Positions 51,705 through 64,000 of a stretch of 64,000 nucleotides of DNA are shown one piece after another (position 1 is the first letter of the stretch; each line of letters starts with the position of its first letter). The notes below the pieces were generated by a model. It did no database searches. It was given only the letters and a program-made list of their open reading frames with translations, and was not told where the DNA came from. The stretch lies in the NCBI GenBank assembly GCA_012026655.1, contig JAAILG010001110.1, forward strand, positions 1-64,000, given 5' to 3'. The DNA comes from Hydrolagus affinis. Lineage: Eukaryota. The translations under genes and the position numbers were made by a program.

Positions 51705-53194
51705 GTAAGAATTACGACATGGATCCATAGTGAATTATTGGCTTAAAGTTATATATAAGTATTTTAAAAATTGTTTCAAAGAGTTCATGGACCATGATGC
51801 ATGTTTTTTTTTACACAATGTTGGCTAAATCATGCATGGAACCATAAATAGTACGGGTTGACATTTTTTTCATTTGTGCCTTTGTTCATGGAGAAGCAGC
51901 AAAAGGGATGAGCTCAGCTATTTTACCTGAATTAATGAGACTGAAGTATGTACAAAGGAACACCATTTGTTTTGTCGGTTCTGGCAACATTTGTGGCTAG
52001 CAGTTACTTTGAGTTTACGAATAGATCTGTGTGCAAAACTTTCAAATTTGTGTACGGTATATACAGTACTCACTTCTAAAGCAGCCAGAGAAACTATTAA
52101 TAAATACAACTGTGGGACTCATTCCAGTTACACTTACCCTTACAACTGAAGTTATTATTATGCTGACTGGTAAACCTTTTGAGTAAGAGTTGTGCATATT
52201 GTTTTGATATTAGTAATAATAACAACAATATTGCTTGCATTTTATGTCAAGAGGGCAACCCAAAGTGCTTCACGTTAATTGATTGAACTGTGTATCTGTG
52301 GGAGAATCTGTTCCAGAGTATCAAATTCAGGATTTCAGTCCTCATATTAATGTCCTTAATGTTGCATGGCATTGTGAAATAGAACACAAGAAGTGAGCGA
52401 GTATGAAGTTACCACTTCTCCTGACTCACTGTCTTGTAACAATTTGAACATCTAAAATGTCAGGATTTTATTTATCAGCTTTAAGACGTCTAGAAGACGC
52501 GAAAAGCTATATCAAATGCAAGGATTTTTTTTGTGGTATCATTTTATTTTCTATTGGTTCGGAACTGAAAATGGATAGAGGTGAAGGCCCTTTCATGCCC
52601 TTTTGCGCCAATCTCGCAAATATCCTAAGAACAGAGGTTCCTTTGTAATTGTTTGCATGGGAGATTCCTGAACCAATTACGAATTGGTTTGTTCCCCATT
52701 TGTCTGCTGAGGACAATGTATATCCTTGAGGGAAACTGAATCAGGACTACTAATAGGAAAGTTGGCTGAGACCCATCAAATGATGACAGGGGTCTAGACA
52801 TGCAGTAGTTTTTGAAGGGGGACAAAAAAGCGGTTATTACAATGTTTGACACTTATATCCCATTTTACTTTGTTGTGTGACCTTAAGTGGTTGACTGTAT
52901 TTCCTTGCAATTCACTTTCAGCAGATGGTGTCATTCAATACAGTCATAATATCCTTTTGCAGTGACATGATTTATTGTTGTATTTTTCTGATGTTATATT
53001 CTTGTAATACTCTTTATCATGGTAGCTTGATTCAGACATTGTGGTGGAAAACAACGCACTTGTAAATTTATAATGATAATTATCTTTCCATTTGATATCA
53101 TGCTTTTTGGTAGGACACCTCAAAGCAGAATACACCAGAAACCATTTATTGTTACATTTCCCTCTATCCCACAAAATGGTAGTTAATATGAAAT

Positions 53195-53597
53195 GTTCCA
53201 GAGGATCGAGTTCAGGGTCCTCACTTTTAAATCCCTTCATGGTCATGCCCTACCCCATCTCTGTTACCTTCTAAAGCCCTCCAACTGGCCCACACTATCT
53301 GCTCGGTGGACACTGGCCTCTGTCACCTGCGCTACTCGCCCCACTATCCATGTCTACTTTCTGGAACTCCGTCTCGGAGTCCCTTTGCCTCGGCCCGTCC
53401 TTCACCACATTAAAGGTCCGTCTCAAGATTTTCCTCTTGACCGCATCTTTGGGCATCTTTCCACCATCACCCCGCCCCTCCCTCCCCGAGAATCCAACCA
53501 CCAGCTTGGTTGCCAAACCTCAACTGTCCAGTGTCCTAGAACATATCCTCCTGATATGAAGAGGTAAAAAAATGCAATAGTTGTTATTTGTTGTTAT
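53195..53597 (+). mobile_element. L2 LINE 3' fragment
   Basis: QRIEFRVLTFKSLHGHALPHLCYLL and FWNS...LK..LK.FL remnants. Confidence 0.8.
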
Positions 53598-54087
53598 TTT
53601 AGTTACTCCCATCAGTATAACAGCATTATTTAGCTGGCTGGGTCTAAAGTGTCAGTGGCTGTGTTATAAGTGAGTGACGTCAGTGAGGCTTTCTGTGCAA
53701 AGTGCCCATCGGTAGTGTGCAGCAAGTGACATCAGCAGGAGCGTCTTGTGTCAGAGCAAGCGACCAGATTCAGAAGTTGATCATTTTCTAGTGCCACAAA
53801 ATGTGTGGCACGGCCTGCTTCCGGTCTGTGTGGGACCACAATGAACAGGATTCTCCTGTATTTGCTGGGTAAAATGATTTTGTCATTTGTACACTCTATG
53901 CCTTGCTAAACATTTTCTGTGAACTATTACTGCAGCTCAAGGAATGTTAATTGAAGTCAGTTGCTAGATATGTTGGATGTATGAAATCATGACATGCAGA
54001 AACAAAATGCAAGTTAATTGTAGGAGGTGTACACTGCAAGACCCTTTATTTATTGGTACATGTTGTTTTAACTGCTGTAGCTGTATA

Positions 54088-54493
54088 CAGGTAGATCCCG
54101 TTTAACGTTATTTTGTTATTACATTGCTGATACATTGGGAACATATATTCATTTAACATTGCCACGTTCGCTATTACATTGTTCGCCAGCGGGTGGAAAG
54201 GGGGCACGGCACTCGTGGGAGTGAGCGAGGCCGGCAGCGAGAGAGAGAGACAGCCAGCAGCGAGTGAGATCGGCAGCAAGTGAATGAGCTAGGCAGGCAG
54301 TCAAGGAGTGAGTGAGTGAGCCAGGCAAGCAGTCAGGGAGCGAGTATAATGGGTTTATTTTTCAGAAAATTTTGACATCCAAAAGAACCTAACTCCAGTT
54401 TTTACATTCATTCTTATGGGAAAAATGTATTTCCTTAACCTCGTTTTCTATTAAAGTCGCACTTTTCAAGAACCAAACCACGATGTTGAGCTG
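54088..54493 (+). mobile_element. Tigger-like non-autonomous element
   Basis: TA|caggtagatcccgtttaacg start, internal ttcttatgggaaaaat motif and GAGT/GCAG low-complexity core, and a degenerate ...ctg|TA end. Confidence 0.6.
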
Positions 54494-55042
54494 TATGTAC
54501 AGGAAATAATTGATGGCTGGTTTTCAAACACAAAGGTTTTTATGTGACAGATGTAGAAACCATAGAAAAGAATAGGTTTACATTGCACCGATATCTGTGA
54601 CATCTGATTCCAGTATGTGCAAGACTTTGATATGGAACAGATGGGTGAAAACCACCAGTGAAACTGAAATGAATCAACACTTCCAGAACATGTCTAGCAA
54701 AACTATCACTTTCAACATATCTGCATGGGATTGAAAGCTATTTTTCCGCCACAGCTGTTATGCTAATCCGTTACACCCTAACGTTAGTGTTGGTATCTTG
54801 TGAAATGTTAAAACAATGTCAGCTAAGAATTATAAAGCAGCAGGGACAACATTGTGACAAAAACAACAGTACATTGCAGAATGTAAACAATATAACTGAT
54901 TGTTCTTGCTAGTTGTTGTCTCAGTCAGTCAGTCAGTCAGTTCAGAACAGATGGATAACAAGTGGCAAATTGGAAGTAGGCTTCATTTGGATGATACCAG
55001 CACAAAGCAAACACTGTTGGATCTTTATTATTCCCTTCTGAT

Positions 55043-55737
55043 TGGGGAGCACTGTGGTTAAGCATGTTAGACCTCTCGGTGATGAATGAAGTGTAGGTTT
55101 GAATCCCATTCAGCTGAGTTCCTGATGTAAGCCTTCTGCTTGAGGCCAGGTCAGCTCATGCTGACTCAAAGGAACGCATGGTGACATTGGAGAAAGTTTC
55201 CCACCAGGCTGTTCTTGTGCAGTTCTCGGCTGCTAGGGTGACGTTGTCGTAGTCAAACATTTGGGGGACACCCTTGCATCTCTATGAGAGACTAGAAAAA
55301 TGTTATGGTTGGACATTAAAGATCCCATGTTACTATAGTCAAACTTGTTCAAGTAACCACCTCCATTCAACTACCACTCCCTGCTAAAAAAAAAAATCAA
55401 TAGGACAGCGCGGTTCACACACCAACAGACCTTTGCTCTTACATCATCCTTATGTAAAGGATACTCGGGCCCGTCCCCTAAGTGGTGGTTGAAGTCAGCT
55501 TTGACTGTATTTGAAAGGAGAAGCAATTTTTTTCTTGGTGTCCTGGCCAACAATACCCCAAATAAAAGTTGGTCATTCACCTCATGGCTATTTGTAGGAC
55601 ACTGCTGAGTACAAATTGGCAGCCATCTTCCCCCACAAAATACACTGTCACTACATTTTACGGAATTTCCCACGAAGCACTTTGAAATACTCTCCTGATG
55701 TGAAAGGCACTATACCCAAATTTTAGAATTATTATTC
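55043..55737 (+). mobile_element. Long DeuSINE-like element containing a MITE (55336-55507)
   Basis: tRNA-like head (gtggttaagc...ggtttgaatccc), attaaagatcccatg, ggtgtcctggccaaca Deu segment and L2 tail. Confidence 0.65.
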
Positions 55738-56315
55738 AAATTGTTAATTTACTTTTTCTATATAATGTGTAAAATACACACTAGTTTGTTCAAATTGATG
55801 AGATAATATGCATTTTACAGAAATATTTTGTGCTGCCACAATCCTTTGCGTGTCTTATAATACAAGTAGCTGCACAATTTGTTTTGTGTAGAACTGAATA
55901 GTTTGTGAGTGAGTTAGACAGGTGTTTTTAATCTTTCCATAGACCCATAGAAATTTGCAGCTCAAAAAAAGGCTATTCAATCCATTGTATCTTTGAGATG
56001 TTCTCCCAATCTGAGAGGCACAATATAATTGTAAATTATTTTCTTTTTGAATGCTGTCCCATTTAGCTGCCTTTCCCTTGAAAATGACTGTTAGACGATA
56101 AGAACTATAAAAGGATACGGAAGAAGGACAGAGAAATTAGATAGCTTGTTCGGAGGACTGGAAGAGATGGGTTCAATAGATTTCTTTCGTGCTGCAGATT
56201 TCTAGTACAGTGCTCTCTGAAGAGATGAACCCACGATGTCAATCTTGCACAAGGTTTGGATGAAGCACCCCTAGCCAGCCCTGTTGAAGAGTTTTGATAT
56301 GATTGAATTCATGAT

Positions 56316-56818
56316 CAACAACAACAACTTGCATTTATACAGTGCTCTCCACACCGGGTGGCATCTCAGAGTGATTAATAATAATAATAATAATCCTAGC
56401 ATTTGATATGGCGCTTTTCACGTCTTCTAGATGTCTCAAAGCGCTTCACAGAATATACTGTAAAGTGAGTTCACTGTATATTTGTGGGCGAAATAATGGT
56501 GGAGCCTGAGGCTGAGCCACAGGGAAGGGGTTAGGTGACCGTAAGCGCGGTCGAAGAGAAAAATTTTCAGGTGCAACCTGAAGATGAGAAAGGAGGAGAT
56601 GAGGCAAAGGGGTTGAGGGAAGGAGTTCCAAAGTTTCGGGGCATAGTGGCTGAAAGCACGGCGCCGATGGTGGAGCAAAGGATTCGGGGGACAAGGAGGA
56701 GGCCGGACCCAGTAGAGCATAGTCACTGGATACTGCTGTGAGGAGAGAGGAGGTTAGAGAGGTATGGAGGTGCTGAGGAGTGAAAGGATTTAAACAAAAG
56801 ACTGAGGATCTTGAAGCT
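56316..56818 (-). mobile_element. L2 LINE 3' fragment with a SINE 3' end (56377-56493) nested in its UTR
   Basis: RAFSHYAPKLWNSFP...LKIFLFDRAYG; the (TTG)n tail is separated from the body by an (TTA)n-tailed SINE piece. Confidence 0.85.
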
Positions 56819-57594
56819 GTGATCGTTACAGTGAAAACTGCAACTTAACTATTGCTGTGCCCAACTGCTCTTTATACCTACACGAGAGTCATCCATACTG
56901 TTTTTTCGGTGCTTTGCCTCTGTTTCTGCATTAGTTTTGTCATTTATCTTGAGTAATATAAAATACTATATACCAGTATATTAGTATAGCATGTAGAGCA
57001 TTACACAATTAGGACAAGTCATTGCCTCTTGCAGATGAACATTTAACAGCTGATGCATCCCAATTTATTGATATATTGCCTGAAGCTGCAGGACTCCGAC
57101 TGTGCCATTATTTAAAGCTGAGCACGTCTACCCATATCATGAGTGGAACATTTGGCAGATGGGGCGTATAATGAAGTGGCAGAGCAGGCATTGGCATGTA
57201 GCATCCTTTTCCCTTATGTAATGAATATGCTAATTGGGTAGCTTTGAGCCTGATAGCAGTTAAATAAGTTTCTATTTTTCATTTACAGGCCAGAGAATGA
57301 GCAGGTGTATTACTGATAACTTAATGTTATGCCATATTAAGACCCTTGTTACAGATGGTGAAGAATAGATTAGATTGCGAGACACTTGGGTGGGTCCTGC
57401 AGATGCCGTTAGAATTGCATTGTATACTTCATATCTGCCTTCCCTTTAAAGAGTGTTTCCCTATAAAGCACGTCACTCAATTACAACTTTTGAAATATTG
57501 AATAACTGCCTTTCTGTCTTTTGTAAGTCAAGTCACTTAATTATAACTGTTTGGATATTTAATAAAAGGCTTGGTTTAACAGTCAGAATTAAAA

Positions 57595-58910
57595 AGGCTC
57601 AGATCAGTTAGTTTAACATCTGTAGTGGGGAAAACTAATGGAATCTATAACCAAAGACTCCATTACCAATTTTCTTAAGGAGGGAAATATAATTAGAATT
57701 AGTCAACAGGGGCTTCAAAAGGGAAGATCGTCTTGACAAATCTAATAGAATGTTTTGAGGGGGTAACAAAAATACTTGCAGAGGGTAGATGTGATTTCTT
57801 GGATTTTCAGAAGATTTTTGACAACATACCACACACAAGACTAGTAACTAAGGCCAAGGCATATGGGATCAGAGGGAAGGCAGCCAAACCAACCGAAAGG
57901 TGGCTACAGGGGAGAAAACAAAGAGTAACAAAGAATTGCTCAAATTGAATAAATGTGAGTGGTGCTCCTCAGGGATCTATTCTGGAACCACTACTTTTCA
58001 ACCTTTATTTAAATGGTTTGGATCTAAGAATAGAGGGAGAAATCTCAAAGTTAGTAGATAATAGAAAGGTGGGGGAAATAGTAAATACCAAGGAGATTCA
58101 AAATAAAGGTTGAGATGGATTGTTGAGGCTGAATGTTCAGACGAGTGTCAGGTAAAAAAGGATGAGGTTGATAACTTCAGGAAGCAAAGTATAGGATGAA
58201 GCTTTAATGTTAATGGGGTAGAAGAACAGAGGGAGGCAGTAGTACATATTCACAGATCACTGAAGACAGGATAAAGAGGTTGTGTTGAATCTGTACAAAA
58301 CAAAAGTCAGGCCACAGTTGGAATATTGTGTACAGTTTTGGGCTCCTTATTATAGGAAAGTTGTTGAAGGTGGTACAGAGAAGATTCACTAGGATGAATC
58401 TATGATGAATAGGTTGTATGGAATGAGGAAATGCAGTTATAAGGAATAGTTTGATAAACTAGAGCTCTTTTGTTTGGAGCAGAGAGAGGATATGATAGAA
58501 AAAGGTGAGTTTTAGATATGGTGGATAGGGAACAATTATTTCCACTGATCAGGGGGTCTAGAACTGGACAGCAGAGTTTTATACTACACTGAGAGGTCCA
58601 GAACAGAGATTAGAAAAACTAACAACAATTACTTTTGTAAAGCGCCTTTCACATCAGGAGGACATCCCAAGGCGCTGGATGCCACAAGAGGTGAAAATAA
58701 GTGGGGGGAGTCTGGATACTTTGCCATAATGATTTGTTGGGGTGCCAAAGACTGGGGACATTGTTAAGAGAGAATAAAGTTGAGGGATATAGATAAAAAG
58801 CCATGACTGTGGATAGAATCTAGGATAGGATACGTGTGTGAAGTATCAACATCAGCTAGACTGGATGAGCCAAATGGGCTGTTGCTGACCTGTACAATCT
58901 ATGAATCCCT
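57595..58910 (+). mobile_element. Degenerate CR1 LINE, RT domain to 3' end
   Basis: VSLTSVVGK, SQ.G..KGRS.LTNLIECFEGVT, FLDFQK.FD..PH.RL, WL.GRKQRV, G.PQGS.L.P and VRPQLEYCVQFW remnants, with stops and frameshifts. Confidence 0.88.
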
Positions 58911-59498
58911 ATACTATCTCTTGTTAATTTCAAATATTTATATCTGATGGGCAGATGAAAAGATGTTAGTTAAAATAATTATGATGCTGAAATGTAAAGA
59001 AGTTCCTTTTTCATACCGTACATTTTGCCCATAAATCAATTTTTACCCTTGAATAATTGAACGTAAGATTAAGAAAAAGCCTTGAATGGCACAAAATCTC
59101 CTCTGTTGTACTCTGTTCCTTGGAGAAAGGTTTTGTAACAATATTTCCTGATCGCCAAATGTACCAAGTGAACCTCCAGAGTTTTCATCCATCTAACATT
59201 CCAATTTACGCTCCTTCCTCCCAAGATCACCCCCCTCCCCCACCCCCACCAGCAATATAGAAACCCTTTCATCCAGTGAATATTTTTCCTCTCTTTCTCT
59301 TGATTCTGAATCTTCCAATACTATTTCTAAACTGAAATTTAGCCAATTTGTAAAGACAACTGATGAACACAGCATTGGCTTTTAATTATCGTATGTTCCA
59401 CATATGCATTAATTAGTGTGAAAAAAAATGGTGATTCTCTCGACCTATCTTAATTTAATCTCTCAGGATTTGGGAACCTATGGCATTTTGACAACATT

Positions 59499-59692
59499 TA
59501 ATAATAATAATAATCCTTGCATTTTGATATAGCGCTTTTCACATCTTATTAATGTCTCATAGCACTTCACAGAAATTACTGTAAAGTGAATTGACTATAT
59601 TTGTGGGCGAAATGCGGCAGCCAATTGTGCACAGCAGTGACCCAAAAATGCTGGTAAGGCAAGTGCTCTTAGCACTGAGCTACAGGAGCTCC
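59499..59692 (-). mobile_element. tRNA SINE, internally deleted
   Basis: Head ggagctcctgtagctcagtg joined directly to the Deu segment and L2 tail. Confidence 0.85.
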
Positions 59693-59849
59693 ACAAGGAT
59701 TTACTGCACATCCTTAGCTGCCCTGTGATAGTGGTGCTCGGCCTTCTCTTAAGCTACTCAATCCTTGTGGCAATGGAGCTCCCACAATATTATTTGGTAG
59801 GGAGGACAAGGACTTTGACTCAGTGTTGAAGACGGGATAATAATTTTCA

Positions 59850-60152
59850 TGGCCTGCTCCATATCCCCTGCCCCACCCGTCGCACCATCGGCCAGCAAGC
59901 CTTCAGCTACTCTGCCCCTAATCTCTGGAATTCCATCCAGCAGGCCCTCCACCTCACCCCCTTCAGAACCTCCTTCAAGTCCCACCTCAAGTCCCTCCTC
60001 TTCAGCAGTCGAATCGGTCACTCCAAATCCCATCCTTTCCCTCCACCCTCCCTGATCCCGACCACAGCTCGAGTCTGAAACATTTCTGTCCAGCGGCTTG
60101 GGACATCCTCTGGATGTGAAAGGCGCTATACAAATGTAATATTGTTGTTGTA
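59850..60152 (+). mobile_element. L2 LINE 3' end
   Basis: gcaccatcggc...gccttcagc...ctctggaattcc, and tail gatgtgaaaggcgctatacaaatgtaa...(TTG)n. Confidence 0.8.
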
Positions 60153-60296
60153 GTCTGTCTAACTAATGATGGTGTGTGTCATGGGAACATAGAAGTATGA
60201 TGCACTTATTCTTTCAGATGGTTTTGGTTGTTGGGCTGGCTGATGGGTTAATGGTGAAGCAAGGTTGTTGAGTTGATGTAGTGCATTCTATAGGTA

Positions 60297-60454
60297 TAGA
60301 CAAACCTGTACAAGCTACCATCTTCTTTCAGCAACCACCCCATGTTAACAGCTACCCTAGGACAGCCAGGGTTCACCTATCAACAAACTCTTACTCAGAG
60401 GCCACTCTTAAGTAAGACAAGTTCTTGAATGGTTGTTGAAGTCAAATTTGTCTG
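60297..60454. mobile_element. Tc1/mariner-type MITE inside a Deu-type SINE remnant
   Basis: TA|tagacaaacctg ... caaatttgtctg|TA; homolog of 55336-55507. Confidence 0.6.
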
Positions 60455-60894
60455 TATTTGAAAGGAGAATGAAATTTCTCATGGTGTCCTGACCAGCATT
60501 CCCCTAAATAAAAATAATCCCCATACCATCTGTGGGAAAAGAGAGATCAATGGCTGTTGTGCAAAGGTGATCAAAGCTTTTATTGTTTTAAAGATCTCTG
60601 GGAAAGTGTGCTTTTTCTAATCTGTTCAGTCTTGGAATTTTGCTTGTTGTTCTCTAAACCTTCTATAAAACCTCTATGTTTTTTTCAACAGAGGGCCAAA
60701 AGTGCAAATGTGGTTCAATGAAAATATTCCTATTTTTAGGGCTGGCATATGCTATTCCCCATAGCTAGATGCACTTGAAATGCAAATTGTATTTGATTGG
60801 CTTTCTTGCCAACAGCTTCACATTGATTGGAAATATGATCAATAATCACACGGGTCATTTGTTTCATTTCCACTTCTGCTAATAAATGCCTCTT

Positions 60895-61660
60895 TATTGT
60901 GTACATATGCCGATCAGACAACAAGTCCTGGTTGAGAGCTAACTTTCTACAGTTCAACATCAACAAGACTGAGGCCACCCTGATTGGCTGCTGTCAGCTC
61001 CTCCACACCTCAGGCACTGACAGCATCACCATCCATGGATGCACACTCCATCTCACTAAGCCAGTCCAGAACCTTGGCATCTTGTCTGACCCTCAACTGT
61101 CCTTTCTCCCTCACACCAGTGCCTTGGCCCGGTCTGCCTTTCTCCATCTCCACAGCATTACCTGGCTCTGCCACTGCCTCATATCTCAGGTTGCCAAAGC
61201 CCTCATCCACTCATTCATCACATCTAGGCCCCGGCTGCACCAACTCATTGCTCCACAAGCTCATCCAGAACTCTGCAGCTCATGTCCTCTTCCACACCAA
61301 GCTATATAACCCGATCACCCCTATCGTTGCACGGCTCCACTGGCTCCCATCCCCCCAGAGGATAATCCTATCAACTGGTCCACTCTCTCCGCTCAGCAAG
61401 TCACCCATCCGGCACACCCCACCATTGGTAGTCGGAACTTCAGCCTTTCTGTCCCTACTCTATGGAACTCTATCCCACTATCACTTCTTCTCAATCCGTC
61501 GCTTGCCTCTTTCAAGGCATGTCCCCAAACCCTCCTTTTCGACTGAATCTTCGGCCACCCTCCCCAATCCTGATCCCCAGTAAGGTCCAAAATCTAACTG
61601 TTCAGCACCTTGGGACTTCCTCCCAACATGAAAGGAGCTACACAAATGAAATTATTTTAT
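60895..61660 (+). mobile_element. L2 LINE fragment (RT end to 3' tail)
   Basis: SWLRANFLQFNINKTEA...QNLGIL.DPQLSF...LIHSFITSR and LIQNSAA...ITPIVARLHWLP. Confidence 0.9.
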
Positions 61661-61839
61661 TTTATTTTATATGTTAACAGTTTCTTGTCCCAGAATATTC
61701 CAATTTACATTTAATTTTGATAAATAATTTGCTCCAGATGATCAAGTGTGATATACATACTCAAGGACCAGGAGTGATAAGGGTAGAACTCTGTTGGTCT
61801 ACTCTCTGGTCACATTGCTCTCCTGCATCTGTAACCTCA

Positions 61840-62806
61840 AACCAAAGCAGCCAAAACGCCTTGTCACTTCCCGGCTGGACTATTCCAATTCCTTCCTCGC
61901 TGGTCTCCCCAGCACCACCATACACAAATTCCAACTAATTAAAAACTCTGCCGTCTGAATACTCACCTGCAGAAAATTCTGTACCCCATCACCTCAGTCC
62001 TCACCGGACTCTACTGGCTCCCAATTACTGAATGGAACGATTTCAAGATCCTTTCATTCATTTTTAAATCTATTCATGCCCTCGCACCTCTCTACCTATA
62101 CAATTTGCTTAAGCCCCACTCTACAATCTGTTACCTCTGCTTGGCGCTGGCCTCCTGTTTATCCCTCATTCCCTCCACTCCATCATCAGTGGCTGTGTTT
62201 TCAGCCACTATGCCTGAAACTCTGGAACTCTATCCCTCATTCTGCAGCTTTTCAAAACAAATGCTTCTTCAAATTATCAAAGGTGGATAATTATGCCCCA
62301 ATAGATTTTATCATAATAAAGCATATTTCACTCCCATCCTCGCCCAGCTCCATTGGCTCTCCATTCCCCCAGAGGATCGAATTCAGGATCCTTATCTTCA
62401 CTTTCAAGGCCATTCACGGCCTTGTCTCCTCCTATCTCTCTGACCTGTTGTCTCCCTATGAACCTGCCCGCCCCCTCCATTCAACGGGCTCCGGTCTGCT
62501 CCATATCCCCCGCCCGAGCTGCCCTACTTTTGGTGGATGAGCTTTCATCCTCTCTCTCCTCACACTCTGGAACTCCATCCCACAGTCCCTGGCTTCCTGT
62601 TCTGACAGCCTCGCTTCCTCCTTGCCTCCTTCAAGGCCAATCTCAATACCCTCCTCTTCGATCGTGCCTTCTGCTGCCCTCCCAACTCTCTCTCTCTCCT
62701 ACCCACTACCCTGCCCCTCCCCCTTGCTCAGGTCCCGACCTGACTGTTCAGCGTCTCGGCATTTCCTTCCGACGTGAAAGGCGTAATTTTGTTGTTGTTG
62801 TTGTTG
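61840..62806 (+). mobile_element. Two tandem L2 LINE 3' fragments (about 61840-62235 and 62330-62806)
   Basis: QRIEFRILIFTFKAIHGLVSSYLSDLL...PTFGG; (TTG)n tail at about 62789-62806. Confidence 0.85.
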
Positions 62807-62816
62807 TAATGTAACA

Positions 62817-63165
62817 CAGTAGAAGCGCGTTTATCCGGCAAGCTCGGGGGGGTCGACTAATTGACTGTGCCGGATAATCGGGCGGCAAGTTGCCAAAAAC
62901 CCAACACAAAAAATGTACTGATTTTAAAACATACTATATTAATAATGTACTAAATAGCATCAGAAGTTTGTATAGCTACTTACCAATAAAGATTTCAGCA
63001 CACTCGGTAAAAACCTCCAAGTTCGTAAGTTTAATAAGTGAGCATGTAGACACATTGCGCACTTGCGCAAATTGAGCATACTTGCGATTGCTGGAATGGG
63101 GAATTGCCCCGAAAGGGGGTCGAGCAATCCGGTTAATCGGGTCACGGATAAACGGGCTTCTACTG
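62817..63165. mobile_element. Tc1/mariner (Tigger-like) MITE, 349 bp
   Basis: 21-bp TIRs cagtagaagcgcgtttatccg / cggataaacgggcttctactg (1 mismatch). TA on the right, CA on the left. CpG-rich. Confidence 0.88.
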
Positions 63166-64000
63166 TAGTTAGTTTGGGCTTGTAAAAACAAACTATAGTA
63201 AAGTAAGATTATTTAGGCGTGATTACAAAAATACAGTGAGATTGAGCGCATTCACTAGTTATGTTTGTACATATACACTTGCCTCCTTGTCCAGCAAAGG
63301 TTACTGTCACCAAACAAGATGGGAAGGAGGGAGCATTTCAGAATGTTGACCAAAGAAATTGTGAAGGAGACAAGTTAAGAGGAAATGGAAGACAGTGAGG
63401 GAATTTGAGGGAACATTTTTGACACTTGAAACATAATGGATACAATGTTCGACCACGGATGCTGAAACAAAGATGTGGGGAATGAAGTAGTAGACTAGAG
63501 GGGAGGGGGTAAATATGAGAGACTGAAGATGGAGATGATTGGTGTGATGGAAGAAGAGAAAGATCTTGAAGGAATTAAAGATCAGAATCTGGAGTTGATC
63601 AGTCAGAAAGGGAAGCCAGTGACAGCTGACAAATGATGAAAATATAAATCTGAGCTGTTTCTTCAAAGTAGAACCAGAGGGCATAAAAGGTGAAAATAGA
63701 TGATCAGTAACAAAACATTTACAAATATTAATAAAGTTTTCAAAATATCACCTGAAGCTGTGATGGAGTTGTTTACTTGGAAGGACATGTTTTGGTGGTG
63801 TGTGGAGATGAATATAATGTTTGCATCCTCAACCTTGCCTTTCATTCTCTTAAATAGTACAATCGAAATTCGAATAAGATAACACTACTTTTGCATTTCT
63901 TTAACGATATATTTTCTTTTTAATGAAAGGCCAGGACCCTTATTACAAGAAGCATTTTCTTTGAACAATGGCAGAAGTGCAAACCGTGTTATTTCTGCGT

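Noticed and set aside
57733-57948. Reverse-transcriptase-like ORF
   Set aside because: Short piece of a dead CR1 element with stops and frameshifts on both sides.
60899-62814. Several ORFs of 130-200 aa
   Set aside because: They are frameshifted L2 ORF2 remnants and their alternative frames.

Overview
This is eukaryotic, intron-dominated vertebrate DNA; the repeat content suggests a cartilaginous fish, possibly a holocephalan (inference). The window lies inside one + strand gene, CDK14 (PFTAIRE kinase 1). Four GT-AG exons (5195-5289, 10026-10105, 36519-36613, 51642-51704) splice in frame to 111 aa of the N-terminal part of the kinase domain; the flanking exons are outside the window. The rest is intron, filled with L2-type LINE 3' fragments, CR1 fragments, tRNA-headed CORE/Deu-type SINEs that share the L2 tail, Tc1/mariner (Tigger-like) and hAT non-autonomous DNA elements, microsatellites and a 100-N gap. 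The supplied ORF track is almost entirely spurious or LINE-derived. Most notable: (1) a fold-back Penelope-like insertion with minimal hammerhead-ribozyme motifs and a 14-bp target duplication (44017-44375); (2) a Tigger-like family carrying clustered TGATTGACAG (PBX-PREP/MEIS) decamers; (3) a MITE at the same site in two DeuSINE copies; (4) a CORE+Deu chimeric SINE family; (5) inverted L2 ends flanking two exons. I found no evidence of a wholly new protein-coding system. All family assignments are by eye and from memory, not from database searches.
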